32,000 bases of DNA from positions 150,001 to 182,000 of the forward strand of contig CP006868.1 in assembly GCA_025340205.1 (NCBI GenBank). The letters run 5' to 3'. The notes under the pieces were generated by a model. It saw nothing but the letters and a program-made list of their open reading frames with translations. It was not told the origin of the DNA and did no database searches. The number at the start of each line of letters is the position of its first letter. Positions within the stretch are counted from its first letter, which is position 1. The position numbers and the translations under genes were made by a program. This document shows positions 25,065-32,000 of this stretch, piece by piece. The DNA is from Ignicoccus pacificus DSM 13166 (lineage in GTDB: Archaea > Thermoproteota > Thermoprotei_A > Sulfolobales > Ignicoccaceae).

Positions 25065-26345
25065 TCAGTGGAGCTCCACCCTCACTATTACTCCAGGAAC
25101 GTAGGTAGATCCGACCCATCTGCCCTCAGAGGTAACCCCTAGCAGCTTCTCGTTAAGCAAGTCGAGAACGTTGACGCTCATTGTAGCCTCCACGTGCCTT
25201 CCATCCTCGAAGGCCGGTGAGAGAACCACGCTCATATCGCCGGTCTCGGAGCTAGCTGTGTGTAATCCCGTCAATCCTAAGACTTTGATGCCCTCTGGCT
25301 TAGAGCTTCCGGCGTGTAGGGTAAGGTTCGTGTAAGAGGGGGAGGGCGGAGAGAAGGGGTTGGGTCTGTAGCCCCTACCTCCTCCCGTTCCAAGCCTGTA
25401 GCCCCAGTACAAGTCAGATAAGATTGACTTGACTACGCCGTTGTCTACTAGCACCAAAGGCTTCCCTCTAACGCCTTCCTCGTCGCATCCATGAGAGGAG
25501 GGACCTCCAGGGAGGAGAGGGTTGTCGCTTAAGGTGATGAGTTTGGAGAAGACTCGTTCATTTATCTTATCGCTGAGAGGACTCTCTCCCTTAGCTATGG
25601 TATCAGCTGCGAACATAACGCTCAAGAACTCCAAGAGCTGAGAGACTGCCCTTGGATCTAAGTAAACTACCCTTTCACCCCTAACTCTCTCGGGCCTTAT
25701 CTTGAGCATATTAGCCTCCTCTAGGAGCCTCTCAAACATCTCCTCCGGAAGGGGTACCTTGGAGTGAGAGGTAGAGACGTCCCAGACGCTCTTGCTCATG
25801 TAGCCGCCTTCCTTCTTGCTTAGCGCCATTCCTAGCGACACGTCGCTCACGCTTTCTTCATATTGTGTTCCTTCCGTGTTGGCTATAGCCCATATGTTCA
25901 AGCCTAAGCTCATTGAAGCGCTTAGAGAGAAGCTCTCAGGAACTTTCCCTATGATATCTCTAAGTAAGTACTCCAAGAAGTCCAGATCCTTGTTCGCCAC
26001 CTCCTCGCTGAAGAGGCCCGGAACTTGGGAGCACTTGGAAGAGGGAAAACCTTCCCACCAATCCACTCTAGGACTCAACGCCGCTACCTTCTGAGCCCTT
26101 TCGTAGAGTTCCTCGACGACCCTCCTTAATCTCTCCTTCGAGGCGGTGGAGTAAGCAAATCCTATTCTCTTATCCCTCTCAACTCTTAGAGCGACAGCGA
26201 ACGTCTCTCCTGCAGAAGCTCCTACTATTCTGTTGTCCTCCACCTCGACGGTCTTCTCAAGGACGTGAGAGACGTAAACCTCAGCGTCCTCTAAGCCCTT
26301 AACGATTGAATCCAGTTCCTCCAACAACCCACTTTCCCGAGGCAT
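25065..26345 (-). CDS. TldD/PmbA-family protein, TldE/PmbA-like subunit
   Basis: EDNRIVGASAGETFAVALRV N-terminal pattern, SHGCDEEGVRGKPLVLVDNGVVKSILSD, and no HExxxH. Confidence 0.75.
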   Translation of the reverse strand: MPRESGLLEELDSIVKGLEDAEVYVSHVLEKTVEVEDNRIVGASAGETFAVALRVERDKRIGFAYSTASKERLRRVVEELYERAQKVAALSPRVDWWEGFPSSKCSQVPGLFSEEVANKDLDFLEYLLRDIIGKVPESFSLSASMSLGLNIWAIANTEGTQYEESVSDVSLGMALSKKEGGYMSKSVWDVSTSHSKVPLPEEMFERLLEEANMLKIRPERVRGERVVYLDPRAVSQLLEFLSVMFAADTIAKGESPLSDKINERVFSKLITLSDNPLLPGGPSSHGCDEEGVRGKPLVLVDNGVVKSILSDLYWGYRLGTGGGRGYRPNPFSPPSPSYTNLTLHAGSSKPEGIKVLGLTGLHTASSETGDMSVVLSPAFEDGRHVEATMSVNVLDLLNEKLLGVTSEGRWVGSTYVPGVIVRVELH

Positions 26346-26397
26346 CGGAGGCGGAAGGACTCAAAGCTTGTTCCTCTTCCCTCGGAGGGGCTGGGAC

Positions 26398-26814
26398 ATG
26401 TACGTCAAGTTCAAGAGAGGAGCATTGAAGGTAGAGATTCATGGCAACGCGTTGATTGTAGGAGATAGGATAGTCTTGGATGCCAGAAGCATAACCTTCC
26501 CAAAGGGAAGCAAGGTGTACCAAGGTGAGCCAGACAAGAAGAGGAGGGTTTTAGTCATCGAACATGAGGAGCTGAAGCTCGAGGAATTTCCTCCGACGGT
26601 GGATATGGTAAGCGGAGAGAGGAGGTATTTCCATGGCTTTGAGCTGAGAGCTGCGGATCTGGATTTTGAGAAGTACTTGACGGTGGTAGTCCCCGGAAGC
26701 TTTCTCTACGATTACGCAATAATTACCCCTAGCAAGACCGAAATAGTCATGAGCGCCAAAAGGAACGCGTACTTAGAGGAAACATCAAAGGCTTCTATTA
26801 TTTATTTGCTATAA
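26398..26814 (+). CDS. Hypothetical protein, 138 aa (track start 26368, better start ATG 26398)
   Basis: CGGAGGGG SD before the ATG; charged beta-rich sequence. Confidence 0.55.
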   Translation: MYVKFKRGALKVEIHGNALIVGDRIVLDARSITFPKGSKVYQGEPDKKRRVLVIEHEELKLEEFPPTVDMVSGERRYFHGFELRAADLDFEKYLTVVVPGSFLYDYAIITPSKTEIVMSAKRNAYLEETSKASIIYLL

Positions 26815-28166
26815 AATTCTTCGAATAGCTGCATATAGTACTTTCTCCAGATTATCTTCCTCGCCGGCCTTAACGCTATCGTTATGATTAAAGGTGGTAA
26901 TAGCAAGGTGCTCAGCGCCTTCAGTTGGCTCCAGAAGGCGACGTAGAGGCTGGTGGAGGCGAGTATCAGCGCCGGGAAGAGGGTGAAGAATATCGCGAGT
27001 ACTATTATAGGTCTCTTAGCCTTTATTTTGTCAGCGAGCTTGTAGGCGGAGTAGTTGACTGCCAAGTAAACCAACAAGAAGCCCATGCTTCCCATTAGAG
27101 ATATGTTTGAGAGGTTGTAGAAGTTTGCTAATATCATCGATATAAGCGTACTTATAGTTATTTCATATTTAAGCAACTCGACTTCTAACGCCTCCTTTCC
27201 TACGATCTTGTTCGTCTTAGGGATGAAGTGAGCTATTCTGGCGGCTCCGAATATCGTGGCATTTATCGCTGAAGCCGTTGAGAGAAGCGCCGCGATGCCA
27301 ATTATGGTAAAGCCTAGCTTGCCCAATATGGGTTCTGCTATTATTCCCAAAGCGTAGTCTTCATACTTCACTATCTGTTGAGGCTTAAGCGTCGTTACTG
27401 AGACGTACGCTATTGAAATGTATATCGCCGCAACTATGGCAACAGAGAGGAAGAAGGCCCAATAGATGTCCCTCTTGCTCTTTGCGTCGAGGCCAGCGTT
27501 GGATATTATTCCGAAGCCCTCATAGGCCGAGAATATTATCATGCCTCCCAAGAGGATCATGTACCAGGGAGGCCACTTTTCGGTAAAGAGCATTTGTGGG
27601 TTAGACCTCGTCATTCCTATTAATGCGAACATCACCAGTATTGCTACCTTTATGTAAACCAAGACGTCCTCTACTTTACCCATTATGTGGGAGCCTAACA
27701 AGTTAATTACCATGAATACTATCAAGACTATTGTGGTCAGCGCGTGTCTAACTATGGCATACCAGAAGGTGCCCTCGGCGAATCCTAACATCGCCGCCCC
27801 GTAGCTTCCGAAGGCGTAGGCGTAGAGCGATACCATTACTACGTACCCTACCCAGAGCAATGAGTTTATGTAATCTAGCACGAACAAGTTCTTTATTCCC
27901 ATTGCTATGTACTCTATGGTTCCTCCCATACAAGGATGGTAGTAAGAGAACTTCGCATAGGAATAAGCGGTCAGAAAGGCCGTGATCGCTCCGATGCTGA
28001 AGGCGAAGGGGGCAGCGGGGCCGGCGTACTGGATGAGGAGGCCGAGTACGCTGAATATGCCTCCGCCTATCATTCCCCCTACTCCGATCGCAACCAGCTC
28101 CTTCAGACCCAACTTGTGGGTGCCTTTGTGAACCTCGCTCATTAAGCACCCTCTGAAAGGAGTCAC
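26802..28166 (-). CDS. APC-family amino acid permease
   Basis: LGLKELVAIGVGGMIGGGIFSVLG N-terminal signature and about 12 hydrophobic segments; the true start may be the internal MSEVHKG. Confidence 0.85.
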   Translation of the reverse strand: MTPFRGCLMSEVHKGTHKLGLKELVAIGVGGMIGGGIFSVLGLLIQYAGPAAPFAFSIGAITAFLTAYSYAKFSYYHPCMGGTIEYIAMGIKNLFVLDYINSLLWVGYVVMVSLYAYAFGSYGAAMLGFAEGTFWYAIVRHALTTIVLIVFMVINLLGSHIMGKVEDVLVYIKVAILVMFALIGMTRSNPQMLFTEKWPPWYMILLGGMIIFSAYEGFGIISNAGLDAKSKRDIYWAFFLSVAIVAAIYISIAYVSVTTLKPQQIVKYEDYALGIIAEPILGKLGFTIIGIAALLSTASAINATIFGAARIAHFIPKTNKIVGKEALEVELLKYEITISTLISMILANFYNLSNISLMGSMGFLLVYLAVNYSAYKLADKIKAKRPIIVLAIFFTLFPALILASTSLYVAFWSQLKALSTLLLPPLIITIALRPARKIIWRKYYMQLFEEFYSK

Positions 28167-28245
28167 GTATATTGAGAGTTAAAACGTCATTTCCTATTCA
28201 TGTACACATAAACTTCAATATACCCTAGCACTATTTATCAAGAAG

Positions 28246-28545
28246 GTGAAGACTGCTATGGACGAACTAACTATAATCGCCGTAAGTTTGATATTATTAA
28301 TGATAGTAGCGTCAATAGCTCTTAAGATGAACTTGGTTACAGCTGCGGGCGTTGGAACACTCTCAGCTCTCTTCGGGGGAGCGATATCCTATGGCGTCTG
28401 CTACTTCGTTAACCCAGCAAGCGCAATACTCTGTGGGGTAGCTGGCTCCATAGCAAGCATGTGGTCTTCCACTCTTACCCTCTACTTCGCTATGATGCAA
28501 GCAGCAGCTCAAGGAGTCCACATAGGCTTCGTTATATCGGGATAA
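28246..28545 (+). CDS. Small membrane protein, 99 aa (start may be the ATG at MDELT)
   Basis: Two to three hydrophobic segments; fills the gap between neighbouring genes. Confidence 0.6.
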   Translation: MKTAMDELTIIAVSLILLMIVASIALKMNLVTAAGVGTLSALFGGAISYGVCYFVNPASAILCGVAGSIASMWSSTLTLYFAMMQAAAQGVHIGFVISG

Positions 28546-28549
28546 TTTT

Positions 28550-28762
28550 TTATCTTCTAAAAAAGGACCTTATCTTCTTTCTGATACCCTCCTTAGAGAC
28601 GTAGTATACTATTTCTTCATTACTTTTGCTCCCTACCTTAAATTCAGCGTTCAGACCCTCCAGCTTTATCACTATATTTTTGCCCTCTTCTAAATTCCTT
28701 TCTATTTCGTTAAGGATAGCGTCATCGAACTTGACTCTTATAACCAGCTCCAAGGAGAGCAC
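28550..28762 (-). CDS. Hypothetical protein, 70 aa
   Basis: Protein-like composition (IVIKLEGLNAEFKVGSKSNEEIVYYVSKEG); probably co-transcribed with 28782..29009. Confidence 0.5.
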   Translation of the reverse strand: MLSLELVIRVKFDDAILNEIERNLEEGKNIVIKLEGLNAEFKVGSKSNEEIVYYVSKEGIRKKIRSFFRR

Positions 28763-28781
28763 CCTAAAAAGAGAGTTGATG

Positions 28782-29009
28782 TTACTTAGTGCCGCCGCTA
28801 CCGGCGGCGCTCACGACGGCCTCTTCCGTGGGCTCCGCTGTTATGATTAGCTTCCCTTGCACGTCCTTTATTTCCATGACTATCTTATTAACACCCTTGG
28901 CGCTCAAGGCACCAAAAAGCTTCTCAAGGACCTTGTCATCTATCTCAGCTTCCATCTGAGCGACCATCTTCCCCACGACGCTACACCTCTCATGTTTTCC
29001 AGCGTTCAC
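28782..29009 (-). CDS. Hypothetical protein, up to 75 aa (start may be further in, near MVAQMEAEI)
   Basis: EIDDKVLEKLFGALSAKGVNKIVMEIKDVQGKLIITAEPTEEAVV is protein-like. Confidence 0.5.
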   Translation of the reverse strand: MNAGKHERCSVVGKMVAQMEAEIDDKVLEKLFGALSAKGVNKIVMEIKDVQGKLIITAEPTEEAVVSAAGSGGTK

Positions 29010-29043
29010 GTTCCTAATCCATTTTTCGTTTACGAACCAATTC

Positions 29044-29058
29044 TCCCTTTAAAAGGGA
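29044..29058. promoter_or_regulatory. Perfect 7+1+7 palindrome TCCCTTT-A-AAAGGGA, candidate operator/TATA overlap
   Basis: Direct reading of arms; lies 35 bp upstream of a minus-strand gene start. Confidence 0.3.
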
Positions 29059-29204
29059 AACTAACATATCGACTTTCTTGTCAAACAGATCTTTGAAAAG
29101 CTAAGCTTGCCTTCGTAAAGAAATAATATTAACGGTGTTTACAAAGAACCGAATCCTTTATCTACCTCTCCTTAGAACCCTCCAATGCCTCAGGAGGGAA
29201 GGGT

Positions 29205-29615
29205 ATGCAAACGGTCTACAAGACTCCGGGGAAGGCTAAGGGATGCGAGGAGTGTATCTTCTATTCAACGTTGCTGAGGAAGTGTATGTTACCGCCGATA
29301 GCTAAGGGCGTAGTAGAACATTGTAGCGAACTAGCGTACGTCAAGAGGCCCTTGGAACACAACGGACACATGGAAATAGAGGCCTGTTTGCCTTCCGTGG
29401 ACCACTTCTCGCTATTAGTAAGCTTAGACATGAATAACATCAACGACATGGATAAGAACCTGATAAAATCAATAAAGAGTATGAAGATGGTTGGATGCGC
29501 GCCAGTGTTTGAGGAGATTGAGGGCGAATTCGTTAAGACCTATCTCTCTTGTAAGTGTGTAACCAAGGCTTACGTCTTCTGTGACAAAAAGCATTGCAGC
29601 GTGTTATTCTCCTAG
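29205..29615 (+). CDS. Cys-rich hypothetical protein, 136 aa
   Basis: AGGAGGG SD; motifs CEEC, CMLPP, CKC and CDKKHC suggest metal or Fe-S binding. Confidence 0.6.
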   Translation: MQTVYKTPGKAKGCEECIFYSTLLRKCMLPPIAKGVVEHCSELAYVKRPLEHNGHMEIEACLPSVDHFSLLVSLDMNNINDMDKNLIKSIKSMKMVGCAPVFEEIEGEFVKTYLSCKCVTKAYVFCDKKHCSVLFS

Positions 29616-29677
29616 TATTACCGGCCTGAAGCCCTAAATAGCTTCTTCATGTTACTAGTGTATTTCCGGGGTATCAC

Positions 29678-30046
29678 ATGAGGTTCGTAGCTAGGGTGTT
29701 TCCTTCGAAGGAAAAGGTTGTTATCGTTAGAGAGGACGGCAAGGTGAAGACCGTTAGCAAGTATCTTTGGGAAACTTATTTGAGCAAGTGTAATACCTAC
29801 GGCTTCGCGTATCTATGCAGAAGGAGCGTCATCTTGACTTATGGAAAGCTGGCCATAGGAATAGTTACTAATAGAGAACCTCTACTAGAGGACCTAGAGG
29901 AGCTGAAACCCCTTCTAGAACAAGTAGGAATGCCCGACTTCGTATACGACGAGGCGGTAAGTCTCATATACGCAAGGGATACTCTACTCGACCTCTCTTG
30001 TGCTGGATGTAATGCCATAAAGTCGCTGCCCGAGGTCACCGCTTAA
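29678..30046 (+). CDS. Hypothetical protein, 122 aa
   Basis: ATG start, protein-like composition (EKVVIVREDGKVKTVSKYLWETYLSKCNTYGFAYLCRRS). Confidence 0.55.
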   Translation: MRFVARVFPSKEKVVIVREDGKVKTVSKYLWETYLSKCNTYGFAYLCRRSVILTYGKLAIGIVTNREPLLEDLEELKPLLEQVGMPDFVYDEAVSLIYARDTLLDLSCAGCNAIKSLPEVTA

Positions 30047-30305
30047 GCCTCCTTATCCTAGCCCTCATAACCTCCTTGTCAATCATCCACTTGAGCTCTT
30101 CCTCGGTTACCTCCCAGCAATGCGGATCACATACGATCCTTCTAAGAGAAAACCAGAGCTTATCGAGGAACCTTGCCACCATTATCCTAAGCTTCTGGGT
30201 GCTCTTGGCCCTCCTCTGAAGTAGCCTTACGTAGAGCCTCTTCAGACTCTTCTTGGCCACGAACCACAACGCGCCCTTCAGTAGCCCTTCTAGCAAGATG
30301 CTCAC
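30036..30305 (-). CDS. Hypothetical basic protein, 89 aa
   Basis: Protein-like ORF, Lys/Arg-rich, with an 11-bp tail-to-tail overlap with 29678..30046. Confidence 0.45.
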   Translation of the reverse strand: MSILLEGLLKGALWFVAKKSLKRLYVRLLQRRAKSTQKLRIMVARFLDKLWFSLRRIVCDPHCWEVTEEELKWMIDKEVMRARIRRLKR

Positions 30306-30422
30306 CTAAGTTCACTCAAGTGATCGAAGTAAGATGTGGACACCGAACTCCTTTGACCGAGGGGTATTACATAAGACAAGACTTTAGACTAGGGGTTGGT
30401 GCTAGAATTTCAGAGGGAACGG

Positions 30423-32000
30423 GTGAGTGCAGTGGCCACAGTATCCGAGCTGAGGATAAAGGAGCTACCGAGGAAACCTTCGACCTTCAAGGAGACCTAT
30501 GTGGAGATAGCTGGAAGGAAGATCCCGATAGGAGGTCCCTTCCCGAAGCCCAAGGAGGGGGAAAGGGTCGTAAAGGTAACCAATAGCCTGTGTCCTCAGT
30601 GCTATCGCTTGCTTCCCGCAATAGTGGTTGAGAGGGAAGGTAAGGTCTATATTAGAAGAATATGTCCGGAACACGGCGAGATAGAAGAGGTATACTACGG
30701 AGACGCCGAGATTTACCATAGGTTCGAGAAGTGGGAAAGGGATGGAACAGGAACCTTGGCACATGTGGACTTGACGGCTCCGTGCCCGTTCTCGTGTGGC
30801 CTATGTCCCCTTCACAAGTCCCACACCGCCTTAGTGAACCTAGTCGTGACTAACCGCTGTGACCTAACTTGCTGGTACTGCTTCTTCTATGCTGAGAAGG
30901 CGGGATATGTCTACGAGCCCACTTTAGAGCAGATAAAGTTCATGATTGAGCAAGTGAAGAAGGAGAACGTACCGGTGGCTGTTCAGCTGACCGGCGGAGA
31001 GCCTACTATGAGGAAGGACTTGGTCGAAATAGTTAGACTCCTTAGAGAGATGGGGGTCAGACACATTCAGTTGAACACACACGGAATTAGGTTTGCTGAG
31101 CTCTACCTAGAAGACCCCCAAAAGGCGATCGAGTACACCAGAAGCCTGAGGTACATGCCAGATGGGAGAATCGGAGTAAACACCGTTTACCTATCCTTCG
31201 ACGGAGTAACTCCTCAGACCAATCCCAAGAACCACTGGGAGGTGCCTTACACTTTTGCGGCTTTTAGAAAAGGAGGAATGACCTCAGTAGTCTTAGTCCC
31301 CACGGTAATTAAAAACTGGAACCTCCATGAAGTAGGTGACATCGTCAGATTCGCCGCTTACAATATGGATATAGTGAGAGGAGTCAACTTCCAGCCAGTA
31401 TCCTTAACTGGACTCATGCCGAGGAGGGAAAGGAATCAAGCGAGGGTGACGATACCTGACTTGATAAAGGCGTTGGAGGAGCAGACCGATGGACAGATAA
31501 GGAAGGAGCATTGGTATCCTGTCCCCGTCACCGTGGCCTTCTCCAGATTCATGGAGGCCTTCAGTCCAGATACCCCTCACTTCGAGATGACCAATCATCC
31601 CATGTGCGGAGCGGCGACATATGTATACGTGGAGAGGAAGGGTAAGGACGTAAAGTTCATCCCCTTGCCGGAGTTCGTGGACGTCGAAGGACTGGCGGAG
31701 TACTTGGAGGAGAAAGCTAGGGAGTTAGAAGGAGGTGGAAAGTTCACCAAGGCTAAGGTCGGAATGAAGGTGTTATATAACTTGAGGAAGTTCATAGATC
31801 AAGAAAAGGCGCCGGAGGGCTTCGACTTCTGGAAGATACTCTACAACGTCCTACTCAAGAGGAACTACTCCGCGCTAGCGGAACTCCACTATAAGCTCCT
31901 CTACCTAGGATCGATGCACTTCATGGATCTCTACAATTACGATGTACAGAGAGTGATGAGGTGCAACATCCATTACACCAGTCCAGACGGAAGAGTCATA
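30423..32000 (+). CDS. tes: Tes-like (tetraether synthase/GDGT-MAS) radical SAM protein, truncated at the window edge
   Basis: Manual translation from GTG 30423 (SD GAGGG) to the edge shows [10 protein letters not shown]...[24 protein letters not shown], radical [11 protein letters not shown], and C-terminal [16 protein letters not shown]. Absent from the ORF track because it is truncated. Confidence 0.8.
   Translation, partial: MSAVATVSELRIKELPRKPSTFKETYVEIAGRKIPIGGPFPKPKEGERVVKVTNSLCPQCYRLLPAIVVEREGKVYIRRICPEHGEIEEVYYGDAEIYHRFEKWERDGTGTLAHVDLTAPCPFSCGLCPLHKSHTALVNLVVTNRCDLTCWYCFFYAEKAGYVYEPTLEQIKFMIEQVKKENVPVAVQLTGGEPTMRKDLVEIVRLLREMGVRHIQLNTHGIRFAELYLEDPQKAIEYTRSLRYMPDGRIGVNTVYLSFDGVTPQTNPKNHWEVPYTFAAFRKGGMTSVVLVPTVIKNWNLHEVGDIVRFAAYNMDIVRGVNFQPVSLTGLMPRRERNQARVTIPDLIKALEEQTDGQIRKEHWYPVPVTVAFSRFMEAFSPDTPHFEMTNHPMCGAATYVYVERKGKDVKFIPLPEFVDVEGLAEYLEEKARELEGGGKFTKAKVGMKVLYNLRKFIDQEKAPEGFDFWKILYNVLLKRNYSALAELHYKLLYLGSMHFMDLYNYDVQRVMRCNIHYTSPDGRVI

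Noticed and set aside
27748-28149. 133-aa minus-strand ORF inside the APC permease gene
   Set aside because: Alternative frame of the same strand as a clear permease; Arg/His-rich composition typical of frame-shift shadows.
29114-29142. Inverted repeat GTAAA...TTTAC in the AT-rich spacer
   Set aside because: Only 5-bp arms with a long loop, expected by chance in AT-rich DNA.
30320-30586. 88-aa plus-strand ORF in the track
   Set aside because: Its second half is the out-of-frame reading of the Tes-like gene start; composition ([10 protein letters not shown]) is not protein-like.
1-32000. CRISPR arrays, IS elements, rRNA and tRNA genes
   Set aside because: No regularly spaced repeats, transposase-like proteins or tRNA T-arm signatures were seen while reading the window.

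Overview
The window looks crenarchaeal, probably Ignicoccus-like (Desulfurococcales). Supporting signs are SD sequences of the GAGGTGAT type, AT-rich TATA boxes, dense short intergenic gaps and a tetraether-type radical SAM gene; the organism assignment is inference. Two genes run off the window and are missing from the supplied ORF track: an unidentified minus-strand gene at 1..759 and a Tes-like radical SAM gene at 30423..>32000. From left to right the content is: a NapA/NapG/NapH nitrate-reductase cluster with a NapD-like gene on the opposite strand; an SDH/DUF114 Clp-fold protease; a HemK2-like methyltransferase; an acetolactate synthase large subunit plus a mini ACT-type small subunit, preceded by a densely structured leader; a NurA-like protein; small membrane proteins; an MFS transporter; a divergent three-gene locus encoding a HExxH plus vWA-like protein, a degenerate MoxR-like AAA+ protein and a beta-propeller-like protein; a four-CBS protein; a PhoU/TrkA_C protein; a SAM methyltransferase; a UbiA prenyltransferase; a TldE/PmbA-like protein; an APC permease; and several small orphan proteins. 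The best candidate for an unusual system is the 16560..21250 locus. It resembles the MoxR-vWA-beta-propeller ternary systems proposed as NTP-dependent conflict systems, but with strongly degenerated motifs. I saw no CRISPR array, IS element, rRNA or tRNA.
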